From a virus (lineage: Duplodnaviria; Caudoviricetes): 44,810 nucleotides of DNA. Where the stretch lies: IMG/VR virus record IMGVR_UViG_3300037705_000170, positions 1-44,810 of that record; one strand, given 5' to 3'. Shown here in pieces: positions 1 to 9,235 of this stretch. The translations under genes and the position numbers were made by a program. The notes under the pieces were generated by a model. That model made no database searches. It was not told where the DNA came from and worked only from the letters and a program-made list of their open reading frames with translations. The stretch's first letter is position 1. The number at the start of each line of letters is the position of its first letter.

Positions 1-127
1 ACAGCTACGGCAAGATTTACGACCATGCCAGGCCCTTCGGCCCGGATAACGTCGGGGTCTATGCCTGGCAACGGGAATTCCACAACGCCGGCAAGGAAAA
101 CACCGAACGGATGCTGATGGCGGCCAA
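1..127. repeat. 127-bp terminal overlap, identical to 44684-44810 (circular assembly)
   Basis: Bases 1-127 (acagctacgg...atggcggccaa) recur exactly at 44684-44810. The terL reading frame runs through the join. Confidence 0.97.
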
Positions 128-1412
128 TCAGGTCGGCAAAACCCGCACCGCCGGGGCCGAGACCGCGATCCACGCCACGGGGCTTTATCCCCCATGGTGG
201 GAGGGGCGGAGGTTCGACCACCCCGTCGATTGGTGGTGCGGCTCGGTCACCAACGAGGCCTCCAAGGACATCATTCAGGAAGTCCTGTTAGGGACAAAGA
301 ACGCCGATCTCAACGATCCGAACTTCGGCACCGGCTGGATACCGAGATCGCGGATTCTCAAGATCACCACGAGACAAGCGGGCATTTCCGACGTGGTCGA
401 CACCATCCTGGTCAAGCACGAAAAGGGTCAATCCGAGATCACCCTGAAAACCTACGAACAGGGCCGCGCGAAATGGCAGGGGACCCGAAGACATGGGATA
501 TGGCTGGACGAGGAGCCGCCCATGGATATCTACACCGAGGGGCTGACGCGAACGATCGCGGCCCATGGCATCGTCATGCTGACCGCAACTCCACTCCTCG
601 GCCAGTCGGATGTGGTCCAGCATTTCCAAGAGGCCAAACCTGGCCAGGGCATCTATGTGAAAAACGCCGCCTGGGAAGATGCCCCGCACCTCGACCCGGT
701 AGAGCGGTCCCGGCTGTTAAGCTCCTACCCGGAACATGAAAGAGACACCCGCACCAAGGGTATGCCGATGATGGGCTCCGGCGCGGTGTTCCCAATCTCC
801 GACGAGCAGTTGACGGTCGACCCGTTTGAAATCCCGAAATGGTGGCGTCGCATCAACGGCCTGGATTTCGGCATCGACCACCCTGCAGCAGGGGCCTTTT
901 GCGCTTTGGACCCGGAAGGCGCGGGCACCTTCTACGTCTACGATTGCTACAAGAAAGCCGGCGAGACGGCGGTCTACCACGCCGCCGCCATGAAAAAACA
1001 CGGGCTCTGGATACCGAACGCCTGGCCCCATGACGGGTTGGATCGGGACAAGGGCTCGGGCGAAGTCCTCAAGGAGCAGTACAGAAAGCATGGGCTGAGG
1101 ATGACCAAGGAGCGGGCGGCCTATGACGACGAGCGGGGGAATCATGTCGAGCCCGGCATTATAGAAATGTTCGAATGGATGCGGACGCATCGCTTCAAGG
1201 TGTTCAAAAACCTGCCCCTCTGGTTCGAGGAAAAGCGCATGTACCACCGCAAGGACGGCCAGATCGTCAAGATTCGGGACGACATCATAAGCGCCACCCG
1301 GGCCGCCTTTATCATGCGCCGCTTCGCCCGGACCGAGCCGGTCGCGGCGATTGGACGCAATTCGCCCGTCGGCCCTATTTTGGGCCGCAGCCGATGGATG
1401 CGAAACAGCTAA
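1..1412 (+). CDS. terL: Terminase large subunit (P22 gp2-like), main part
   Basis: Walker A AANQVGKT, Walker B IWLDEEPP, motif III LTATP, nuclease domain GLDFGIDHP and DDIISATR. Confidence 0.95.
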   Translation, partial: SYGKIYDHARPFGPDNVGVYAWQREFHNAGKENTERMLMAANQVGKTRTAGAETAIHATGLYPPWWEGRRFDHPVDWWCGSVTNEASKDIIQEVLLGTKNADLNDPNFGTGWIPRSRILKITTRQAGISDVVDTILVKHEKGQSEITLKTYEQGRAKWQGTRRHGIWLDEEPPMDIYTEGLTRTIAAHGIVMLTATPLLGQSDVVQHFQEAKPGQGIYVKNAAWEDAPHLDPVERSRLLSSYPEHERDTRTKGMPMMGSGAVFPISDEQLTVDPFEIPKWWRRINGLDFGIDHPAAGAFCALDPEGAGTFYVYDCYKKAGETAVYHAAAMKKHGLWIPNAWPHDGLDRDKGSGEVLKEQYRKHGLRMTKERAAYDDERGNHVEPGIIEMFEWMRTHRFKVFKNLPLWFEEKRMYHRKDGQIVKIRDDIISATRAAFIMRRFARTEPVAAIGRNSPVGPILGRSRWMRNS

Positions 1413-1720
1413 AGCCACGGAAGTCGGAACCTCTCGCCATCGTCGAGCGCGTCGTTCGCAATCTTCCCATCACGAAGCCCGAGTTCCTTTTCGTGGAAAC
1501 GGACTGCGGCCCGCTTTACATCGCGCTCGGCAAGGACGGATTCGGCGCCTATCACGGCGTCTGGGCCTTCACCAGAGGCCCCGGCATCGCCCGCACAATT
1601 TCCTTCGCCAAGAATCAACTACGCACCCTCGTCATCAAGGAATTGCTGACCGACGGCTACCAGATGCTCAACGAGATGCACGGACGAGGTATGCTGGACG
1701 AAGGGTATTTCGGGCGATGA
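1394..1720 (+). CDS. Hypothetical protein between terL and portal
   Basis: ORF MDAKQLKPRK... overlaps the terL stop; its stop overlaps the portal start (ATGA). Confidence 0.65.
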   Translation: MDAKQLKPRKSEPLAIVERVVRNLPITKPEFLFVETDCGPLYIALGKDGFGAYHGVWAFTRGPGIARTISFAKNQLRTLVIKELLTDGYQMLNEMHGRGMLDEGYFGR

Positions 1721-3579
1721 CGGACGCCTATTCCGATAAGCAGGACAAGGAAAAGTCCCTCACCCCCAACGACTGGTCCCTGGTCGCCCATTGGGTCATG
1801 TCGGAAAAGGAGCGCCGCGCGAACGACAAACGGCGCGTGGAGCTCGATCTGATCTGGAAGGAGATCGACCGCCAATTATCCATGCGACCGCTGCCGAGAC
1901 AGGTCCAATCCGGCCAAAAGCAGGACTGGTTCCCCGATGTAGAACTGCCGCTGCAATTCGATTGCCTGGAGGTCAACGCCGCCGATGTCCGGCGGTTGAT
2001 CTTCCCGAGAGGCTCCGAGTGGTATTCGGTCTCGTCCGATCTGTCGGACGACTACGAGAAACGGTTCAAGAAACGCCGGGAATCGGTCCCGATGCTCGGC
2101 GCCCGGGCTGTCCCCATGAAGATCGACCAGGACACCGCCAACATTCTGGCAAAGTCCGCGATCGACCATTACCACCGGGTCTATGATTTTCGTTCCAAGG
2201 TCGATCTGTTCATCATCGAGAACCTCAAATACGGCACCGCCGTCGCCCGCGTCAAGGAAGTCTCGCTCCACAAATTCCACCACGATTTTCGGGGGCTGAG
2301 AACCGAGAAGCAGACCGGGCCGGCCCTGATCCCGTGCTCGATCAAGAACACCTGGCTGGACGACACGCCCCTGGCTGTGATGCACGAGGGCCTGTCCGTC
2401 GCGCCGGGTCATATCCGAGGAGGTTGGCGCAAGCTCCGCGACGTGCAGAACGCCATTTCCATCGGCGGCCCGGAACGGGGCTGGAGACAAGCGGCTCTTC
2501 GCAAGATCGAGGCCGTGGAATCCAACGACGGGCGGGACGGCTGCGTCGAATATCTCGAATACGAAGGCGACCTGATCGTGCCCAGGACGAGGGGCGATTC
2601 GATCTTCCTGCCCAATGTCGAGGTCACCGTCGCCGTGGGAAAGGGCGGGCCGGAGGTCATCCGCTTCAAGGAAAACAAATTCGCCTTCTCGTCCTACATC
2701 GTCGGCACCTATATGCGCGACGATCTGTCATCCCCCTACGGCACGTCGCCTTTGATGAAGGGCCAGCCGCTGCAGGAGGCGGCCACGTCCTGTATGAACG
2801 ATCTGCTCGGCGCCGCCGCCATATCCGGCCGTCCGCCAGGTTGGTACGACCGCAACGATTCGGAGTTGGCTGCCAAAGGCGGCCCGGACCTTTACCCCGG
2901 CGCCATGACCCCGACCGATTCGCCCGACGCCATCGAATTCATGGACGCGCCCGAGGTCGCCCCCCTGATCAACGCCTATGCCGGGGTTCTCAAGCAATAC
3001 GAGGATATGACGGCGGTCAACGACCCCAGAAGGGGCGGGGCGACCAAATCCCACACCACGGCCTACGCCAACGACATGGAGCAGACCCGGGGTTTGACCC
3101 GAACCGACGATTTCGTGCAGGGGCTCGAATACGGCCCTCTCACCTCCATGCTCTACATGGAATACGAGATCGTCAAATCCTGCATGAAAACGCCCTATCC
3201 GATCCAGGTGGACGCCGGGGGTGTGGAGGGCTGGGTCAATATCGCCTCGGGGGATTTGGCCGATAACGTCGCCTTCAAAGTCCACGGCTCCATGGGCGTG
3301 TTGAACGAACGCCAGCAGGCCGAGGCCTTCGCCCAGGCCACCAACATGGCGCTGCAGGTCGCCGGCATCGCCGCGCAATTCGGCCAGCCCATCGCCATGC
3401 AGTTCATGGAAATCGTCTTGGAGGGTTACCGCCGTGCCGGAATCAACAACGCCGCGAAATTCGTTGGACCCACAGGTGGAGGAAATGCGGGCGCAGCTCC
3501 GCCAGCACCCGCTGTTCCGCAGTCTCCTACGGGCCTACCGGCGAACGACCTTACCGACGTGGCGGCCCTCTCGGGCTAG
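1717..3579 (+). CDS. Portal protein
   Basis: About 620 aa from MTDAYSDK; lies after terL; portal-like segments (ENLKYGTAVARV, SSPYGTSPL, YEDMTAVND). Confidence 0.85.
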   Translation: MTDAYSDKQDKEKSLTPNDWSLVAHWVMSEKERRANDKRRVELDLIWKEIDRQLSMRPLPRQVQSGQKQDWFPDVELPLQFDCLEVNAADVRRLIFPRGSEWYSVSSDLSDDYEKRFKKRRESVPMLGARAVPMKIDQDTANILAKSAIDHYHRVYDFRSKVDLFIIENLKYGTAVARVKEVSLHKFHHDFRGLRTEKQTGPALIPCSIKNTWLDDTPLAVMHEGLSVAPGHIRGGWRKLRDVQNAISIGGPERGWRQAALRKIEAVESNDGRDGCVEYLEYEGDLIVPRTRGDSIFLPNVEVTVAVGKGGPEVIRFKENKFAFSSYIVGTYMRDDLSSPYGTSPLMKGQPLQEAATSCMNDLLGAAAISGRPPGWYDRNDSELAAKGGPDLYPGAMTPTDSPDAIEFMDAPEVAPLINAYAGVLKQYEDMTAVNDPRRGGATKSHTTAYANDMEQTRGLTRTDDFVQGLEYGPLTSMLYMEYEIVKSCMKTPYPIQVDAGGVEGWVNIASGDLADNVAFKVHGSMGVLNERQQAEAFAQATNMALQVAGIAAQFGQPIAMQFMEIVLEGYRRAGINNAAKFVGPTGGGNAGAAPPAPAVPQSPTGLPANDLTDVAALSG

Positions 3580-3700
3580 GGACGGAACGCCGGTCAAGGG
3601 CAAAACCAACGAGGACTGGATTTACGCCTCCGGCAAGGCCGACGGCGAACGCGATCTGATCGCCTTTCTGCTGGGAACGAATTTGGACGCAACAGACTGA
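3485..3700 (+). CDS. Small protein overlapping the portal 3' end
   Basis: RBS-like ggagga before ATG (MRAQLRQHPLF...WIYASGKADGERDLIAFLLG); typical post-portal small gene. Confidence 0.55.
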   Translation: MRAQLRQHPLFRSLLRAYRRTTLPTWRPSRARDGTPVKGKTNEDWIYASGKADGERDLIAFLLGTNLDATD

Positions 3701-3719
3701 CCTTTGATAAGGATGGACC

Positions 3720-4313
3720 ATGACGACGACCGAAGCACCGAATACGAGCGATGGCGCCCCCTCGGGGCGTACGGAGAACGGATCGGCGGGAACGGACCTG
3801 GACAAGCTCTTGAGCGAATTCGAGAGCCCCAATCCCGGTATTCAGCCCAGAGCGGAAGCGACCGTTCTCAAGGCCCTGAAGCCCGTGATCGATTTCGCCG
3901 ACGCCGAGATGACGACGCGCGCCAAGGCCGCCCTAGACGGCGACATCGCCAAGGCCGTGGACTTCGTCAAGGAGGAGGCGAAAGACATCCCGCCCCGTTT
4001 AGTACGGGGATTTCTCGAAGGCTACGCGGCGGAAAATCAAGCCTTCCGCCATGCGTTCGAGAACAGGCACACAGACCCCAACACCTGGCAGACGAAGCTG
4101 GGCGAGGCAAGGGGTGAGTTTGTCAAGGAGATCGGAAGTCTCCCGGGCAACACGGTCAAGAGCGACGTGGAAGCCGCGCGGGCTGCGATAGCGGGTCGAT
4201 CTGAACCCATAGGCGATAAGCCTGAGCTATCCGCGGCCGAACTCGTGGCGATGCCACAGCACGAATTCGATGCATTGTGGAAGAAGCAGGCCGCCGCGAA
4301 CGCAAAGAGGTAA
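3720..4313 (+). CDS. Capsid scaffolding protein
   Basis: Helical, charged 197-aa protein directly upstream of the major capsid gene; C-terminal ELVAMPQHEFDAL motif. Confidence 0.7.
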   Translation: MTTTEAPNTSDGAPSGRTENGSAGTDLDKLLSEFESPNPGIQPRAEATVLKALKPVIDFADAEMTTRAKAALDGDIAKAVDFVKEEAKDIPPRLVRGFLEGYAAENQAFRHAFENRHTDPNTWQTKLGEARGEFVKEIGSLPGNTVKSDVEAARAAIAGRSEPIGDKPELSAAELVAMPQHEFDALWKKQAAANAKR

Positions 4314-4316
4314 GGC

Positions 4317-5402
4317 ATGTCGATCACCACAACCACGCAAATCTCGGCGCCGGTCAACGTCATCTATCAGACGAACCTGCTGCGCCGGGCGCAACCCGTC
4401 TGCCCGTATTTCACCGGCACCGTGCCGGCGGAAATCACGTCCGGCTCCGGTTCCTTCACGGCCAAATGGCGGCGTTACGAGGGTCTGACTCCCGTGACCA
4501 CGGCTTTGGCGGAACTCACCGGCTCTGTCGCTTTCCCGACCCGCACGGCCGTTCAGGCGTCGGTCACCGACATCACCGCGACGGTCTCCAAATACGGCAA
4601 CTTCATCTTCCTCAACGAGGAAGTCGATCTGGTCAACATCACCAATTCGATGATGGAATTGACCGGCGTGCTGGGCGAAAACGCCGGCAAGTCGCTCAAC
4701 CGTCTTCAGAGAAACGAGGAAGAGGATAATTCCACGGCTCTGCTCGGCGGCGCGGCGACCACGGCGACGAACGTCTCCGGGCTTGCCGGGGCTGGCTTCC
4801 TGACCCGCACGCTCATCGCTCGCGCGGTCAACGCCTTGCAGAACCAGGACGCCATGAAGTTCCTGCCCATGACGCGCGGCTCCACCAACATCGGCACGGC
4901 TCCCGTCCGCGAGAGCTTCTGGGGTTTGGGCCACGTCGATACCGAGGAGGATATTCGTACGCTGACGGGCTTCAACGCGGTCGAAACCTACGCCGGCCAG
5001 ACCGAAACCTATACGGGTGAAATCGGTCATGTGGGTGGTGTGCGTTTCATCTGCACCAGCGAATCGACGATCGACGCGGGTGCCGGCTTGGCGGCCACGT
5101 CGTCGGCGACCTCGGACGGCCGCACCACCTCCTCGACGCGCTACGACATCTATAACACGGTGATCTACGGCAAGGACGCCTTCGGCTCGCTCGGTCTCGA
5201 CGCCACGCATATCAAGGAGACCTATCGCCCCGACGACACCTTGCCCGCCATCCAGATGATTTCGCAACCCAAGGGCTCGGCGGGCGCCGCCGATCCGTTG
5301 AGCGAAGTCGCCTCGGTCGGCTGGAAGACCTGGCACGCGGCCAAGGTGCTGAACGCCAACTTCTCCCGCTGCGTCCGTCACACCGTCTCGCGTCTGAGCT
5401 AA
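4317..5402 (+). CDS. Major capsid protein, N4-gp56 family
   Basis: 361 aa; TAKWRRY, ITATVSKYGNFI, GEIGHVGGVRF and ADPLSEVASVGWK motifs typical of this family. Confidence 0.9.
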   Translation: MSITTTTQISAPVNVIYQTNLLRRAQPVCPYFTGTVPAEITSGSGSFTAKWRRYEGLTPVTTALAELTGSVAFPTRTAVQASVTDITATVSKYGNFIFLNEEVDLVNITNSMMELTGVLGENAGKSLNRLQRNEEEDNSTALLGGAATTATNVSGLAGAGFLTRTLIARAVNALQNQDAMKFLPMTRGSTNIGTAPVRESFWGLGHVDTEEDIRTLTGFNAVETYAGQTETYTGEIGHVGGVRFICTSESTIDAGAGLAATSSATSDGRTTSSTRYDIYNTVIYGKDAFGSLGLDATHIKETYRPDDTLPAIQMISQPKGSAGAADPLSEVASVGWKTWHAAKVLNANFSRCVRHTVSRLS

Positions 5403-5414
5403 GGAGAATAAATC

Positions 5415-5855
5415 ATGGCAGTCACAATTTCCGGCGGCGAGGCCCAGACCAACAGCAGCTGGCAATCGTCCGAATCGCTTACCCAGAGCACGGCGACGGC
5501 GGTCCAGTCGATCAGCCTCCGCACCGACGTTTCGGTGCTCGGCATGGGCACGGCGACCGGCTTCGCGCGCAACCGTTACTCGCTCGCCACCTCGGGCGTG
5601 GAGGGACAGGAGAAGCTTGTCATCAGTTCGGCGACGGGCGAGGCCTATGTCTTCGTCCCGACCTCCTCGGGCCGCATGGGCGTCATCCCCTCGTCCCTGG
5701 CGATCCCGTCGGCAACCGCAGTGGATGCGGTCTGGGCTTCGGCCACCGGCGACTGGGTGTTCCAGTCCGACGGCGATTACCTGCTGGTCAAGTTCATGAA
5801 CGGCTCATGGCAGTTCCTGGGCGGCGCCGGGGCGACCTTGGCCACATCGACGTGA
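5415..5855 (+). CDS. Ser/Thr-rich virion (decoration-like) protein A
   Basis: Strong RBS (aaggag) after the capsid gene; paralogous to the next gene. Confidence 0.7.
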   Translation: MAVTISGGEAQTNSSWQSSESLTQSTATAVQSISLRTDVSVLGMGTATGFARNRYSLATSGVEGQEKLVISSATGEAYVFVPTSSGRMGVIPSSLAIPSATAVDAVWASATGDWVFQSDGDYLLVKFMNGSWQFLGGAGATLATST

Positions 5856-5858
5856 TCC

Positions 5859-6227
5859 TTGGCGATCGTCATTGTCGGAGGACCGCAGCGTGAGCGGTGG
5901 ACTGGGCAGAGGGTCAAACAGACCTTCACCCAGTCCACCGCCACGGCGTTCCAATCGGTCGCGTTCGATATCCCGGTCGTCACGCTCGGCATGGGCACGG
6001 CGACAGGATCGACGCGGAATCTCTACAGCCTGGCCTCCGGCGCCGTGCCGGGCCAGGACATCTCCGTTCTCACAACTGGAACGGGCGAGGCGAAGCTGCT
6101 GATCACGGCGGGCACGGCGACCGGAATGCATGTGTTCACGGAAGCCGACGATTTCTTGAGAGCGACCTATGAGGAGGGCAAGTGGAGAATCCTGGTCACG
6201 ACGGCGACACTGAGCACGGGAACGTAG
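5859..6227 (+). CDS. Thr-rich virion (decoration-like) protein B, paralog of A
   Basis: Shares TQSTATA.QS, LGMGTATG..RN.YSLA and TGEA with 5415..5855. Confidence 0.7.
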   Translation: MAIVIVGGPQRERWTGQRVKQTFTQSTATAFQSVAFDIPVVTLGMGTATGSTRNLYSLASGAVPGQDISVLTTGTGEAKLLITAGTATGMHVFTEADDFLRATYEEGKWRILVTTATLSTGT

Positions 6228-6946
6228 TTCCGCTTCAACCGCCGCCGCCGAAGCGATACTACAATCACAACCCGAAGAAGGTGGCGCTGGTCTGCATGGG
6301 GCCGTCGATCACCGATTATCTCGGCGCGACATTGACCCAGGAGTTTGACCCCCATTGGGTGGACGAGGTCTGGGCCATCAACATGTCGATCAACTGCATC
6401 CGTGCGGATGTCTGTTTCTGGATGGACGACCTGATCGTCCAGGAGAAGTTCAAACCCAACCTGTTCAAGGCGCTGCGAAAATTCGGCGTGCCGGTCATCA
6501 CCTCGATCGCCAGGCCCGAGGTTGTGCCGAATTCCTACGACTACCCCATCGAGGAAGTCGGCTGCATGGCCGTGCCGGTGTTCGGCAAACCCTATCTCAA
6601 CAACGGCGTCGCCATGGCCATCGCCTATGCCCTGCACAAGGGCGTCGAGGCCATGGCGATCTACGGCGCGGATTTCAGCTATCCCAACCGGGATTACGCC
6701 GAATCGGGACGGGCCTGCGTCGAATCCTGGATCACCCTGGCCGGCATCAAGGGCATGAACATCTCCCTCTGCCCGGCAACGTCCCTGATGGATTCGGTCA
6801 AGGACCACGGCATCTACGGCTACGCCGATCAACCCGCGATCCGGTTGCCGGACGGCCAGATTTTCCAATACGTCAAGGCCGGGCAAATCGGCAAATACAT
6901 CCCCGAGGACACGAGGAACGAACATGTTTCAACACGCTCTGCCTGA
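6182..6946 (+). CDS. Putative sialyl/nonulosonyl-transferase, CstII(GT42)/Maf-like fold
   Basis: KKVALVCMGPS...VWAIN...NNGVAMAIAYALHKGVEAMAIYGADFSY parallels the CstII-type pattern KKVIIAGNGPS...SGVYMCAVAIALGYKEIYLSGIDFY (compared by eye). Confidence 0.65.
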   Translation: MENPGHDGDTEHGNVVPLQPPPPKRYYNHNPKKVALVCMGPSITDYLGATLTQEFDPHWVDEVWAINMSINCIRADVCFWMDDLIVQEKFKPNLFKALRKFGVPVITSIARPEVVPNSYDYPIEEVGCMAVPVFGKPYLNNGVAMAIAYALHKGVEAMAIYGADFSYPNRDYAESGRACVESWITLAGIKGMNISLCPATSLMDSVKDHGIYGYADQPAIRLPDGQIFQYVKAGQIGKYIPEDTRNEHVSTRSA

Positions 6947-7460
6947 GAACGACCAGAACCCGCTTCCGCCGGCCCTGCCCGGGGAGGTCGTCACCGAAAC
7001 GAAACTGCACCGATTCCGCCTGCGGCAATTGCAGGACCTGGCGCAGGCCTACGGCATCGCCATCCCGGATGGGGCGACCAAGAACGAGATCATGCCGATC
7101 ATGGTGAGCCACGAGCGCGCCGGAGTCTTCCGCCAGCCGCCGCGAAGCCAGTATCACCTGATCCGCGCCGAAATGAACCACGACGAGAAACTCGACCCGC
7201 GACTCAGGGCCGAGCGCGAGCAGAGAATCCGCCAGGCCGAGGGATCGACCATGAAGGCCGCGCCCATCGCGCCCATCGCGGTCACGCGATACCGGGAGCC
7301 GCGCGAGATCGACATTCTCCGGTCCCGCTGCAAGGAACTCAAGCTCAACAGCTTCGGCAAGACGATGCCCGTGTTGAAACAGATGATCCGCGCCGAGGAG
7401 GCCAAGCGTGCTGAACAAGATTCTCAAACTGCTCAACTTGGAAGCGGCGAGCCCGGTTGA
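6924..7460 (+). CDS. Hypothetical protein with helix-extension-helix (Rho-N/SAP-like) segments
   Basis: RLRQLQDLAQAYGIAIPDGATKNEI and LRSRCKELKLNSFGKT resemble HeH motifs. Confidence 0.55.
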   Translation: MFQHALPENDQNPLPPALPGEVVTETKLHRFRLRQLQDLAQAYGIAIPDGATKNEIMPIMVSHERAGVFRQPPRSQYHLIRAEMNHDEKLDPRLRAEREQRIRQAEGSTMKAAPIAPIAVTRYREPREIDILRSRCKELKLNSFGKTMPVLKQMIRAEEAKRAEQDSQTAQLGSGEPG

Positions 7461-7569
7461 TTTAAAACCAGGCCTCAACGCGCTCGGCTTCGGCAAGATC
7501 CACCTGAGGGTGCGGGTCTACCGGGCGGCGGAAGGCCGGTGGTACGACGTGGAGGAGATCAAGCCATGA
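7408..7569 (+). CDS. Small hypothetical protein (53 aa)
   Basis: GTG start after gaggag; reads LNKILKLLNLE...RWYDVEEIKP; stop overlaps the next ATG (ATGA). Confidence 0.45.
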   Translation: MLNKILKLLNLEAASPVDLKPGLNALGFGKIHLRVRVYRAAEGRWYDVEEIKP

Positions 7570-7961
7570 CAGCCGTTTGCTACACCGCGACGGGGATCAC
7601 CTTCGTCGTCGACCGTATCGACAACACCTCGACGGCCACCAACTTCTGGATCGCCTGGGGCACCGGCGGATCGAGCACGGGCGCCACGGCGACCTCGGCC
7701 GACACGGGCTTGAAGGCGGCGGCGACCGAGGCCTGGCAGGCGGCGTCCCTGTCGCAGCCGGCGGTGGACACCAATCAGTTCGTCGCCACGATCACGGCGG
7801 GAACCGGCAAGACGATCGAGGAAGCCATCGTGTTCGGCGGCACCTCGACGGCCACCGGCACGGCGACCAACCGGACCATCATCCGCGCCTCGCACGGCGG
7901 CGTGACGCTGGCGACCGGCGACGCGATCCAATACACCTTCACGCTTCAGCAGACGACCTGA
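7566..7961 (+). CDS. Thr-rich virion structural protein
   Basis: MTAVCYTATG...IAWGTG...ADTGL...IEEAIVF...YTFT resembles phage tail/collar beta-sandwich proteins; RBS ggagga. Confidence 0.7.
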   Translation: MTAVCYTATGITFVVDRIDNTSTATNFWIAWGTGGSSTGATATSADTGLKAAATEAWQAASLSQPAVDTNQFVATITAGTGKTIEEAIVFGGTSTATGTATNRTIIRASHGGVTLATGDAIQYTFTLQQTT

Positions 7962-9232
7962 TGCCGACCCAGAAGCAAATCCTCGCCAGCATCGACAACC
8001 GGCTCGGAGAAATCCTGGCGCACGTCAAACCGCCTGTGGTTGTGCCACCGGTGGAGACGGCCCCCGTCCCCGTGCCGTCCCCGTCCGTCCCCACGCCTGA
8101 GCCCGCACCACAACCGGCAGGGGACAAACGGCTCGCGCCGTTCGACTCGGCCAATGTCGTTTACAGCGAGACTTACAAGCCTGTAACGCAGACCTATTCC
8201 TATAAGCCAGGGGCGTGGGTTGAGGTCGGTCTGCAAGCCGATATGCGGGGCGGCGGCGAGCGGCCGGAGATCGGCTTGGAAAGCGATGCGACCGCCGAAT
8301 GGCTGATGGGCGGGTCCATCGCCAACGCCCTGGCGCAGGCTCAGGCTACGCGCACGCTGCCGATCTTCCGCACGATCGACGGGCGGTTCATCGACGTCAT
8401 CAAATACCCGAGGGCCTCGTTCGACGCTCGTGAGAACCCCGACCCGTATTTCGACCTCGCCAATCCGCAAGGCATCACGCTCGATCTGGCGCACCTGTCG
8501 TGTCTGCCGAACTACGCGCTCTACCTCAAGACCGGCGAAGTGGCCTATCTCGAAAACCTGCAAGCGACCGCGACCTACGCGCTGGCTTGCGGCCCGAACA
8601 ACTACACCGGCGGCAAGGGCATCATCTACCCATGGCAGCAGCGGACGCTGGCCTGGGGTCTGCGTGAAATCATCAAGGCCTATATCGCCACGCCCGAAGG
8701 CGCGGTTCCGCCGCCGCTGCTTCCCAAGTCCTACTGGAAGCAGATCGTCGAGAACAACATCGCGTGGCTGACCGAGAGATATATCAACAGTTCCGATCCC
8801 CTGACGCAATCCCTGGGCGCATTCACCGAGGACCAACTGTCCCTTTGGCAGCAGGACTACATCAGTCAGGTCTTGGGCTGGGCCGTCTACACCGGACAGG
8901 TGCCGCAGATCAAGCCGCTTTACGACTTCCAGATCCGGCAGGCGATCATCCGCGCGACCGGCCCGCTGCGCTCCCAGGCCATCCAATACGGAACGAAGTT
9001 CGCCGGAGCCAAGACCTGGGAAGAGGTGCTGAAGCTCAACGGCAAGACCGCGACTGCCGACGGCAACTACGATCCCCAATTGAGCCGCGAGGCACCGCAC
9101 TATCCGGGGCTGATCCGCGCCGCGCTGAAGTTCGCCGTGCTGAACAAGACGCCCGGCGCCGATGAGGCTTTCGCCTATGCCGACGCTCAAGCCCGCCGCG
9201 TCGGGTTGGTCTGCCCGCGCCACGCGGTGTAG
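7961..9232 (+). CDS. Putative alpha/alpha-barrel, polysaccharide-lyase-like protein with Pro-rich N-terminal linker
   Basis: Start MPTQKQ at a TGATG overlap; motifs GGERPEIG, DLAH, YLKTGEVAYLENLQ, QQRTLAWGLREI, WQQDY. Confidence 0.5.
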   Translation: MPTQKQILASIDNRLGEILAHVKPPVVVPPVETAPVPVPSPSVPTPEPAPQPAGDKRLAPFDSANVVYSETYKPVTQTYSYKPGAWVEVGLQADMRGGGERPEIGLESDATAEWLMGGSIANALAQAQATRTLPIFRTIDGRFIDVIKYPRASFDARENPDPYFDLANPQGITLDLAHLSCLPNYALYLKTGEVAYLENLQATATYALACGPNNYTGGKGIIYPWQQRTLAWGLREIIKAYIATPEGAVPPPLLPKSYWKQIVENNIAWLTERYINSSDPLTQSLGAFTEDQLSLWQQDYISQVLGWAVYTGQVPQIKPLYDFQIRQAIIRATGPLRSQAIQYGTKFAGAKTWEEVLKLNGKTATADGNYDPQLSREAPHYPGLIRAALKFAVLNKTPGADEAFAYADAQARRVGLVCPRHAV

Positions 9233-9235
9233 CCC

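Noticed and set aside
1351-1716. N-terminal extension of the portal to 742 aa
   Set aside because: Arg-rich off-frame reading overlapping ORF 1394-1720; the ATGA-coupled start at 1717 is more plausible.
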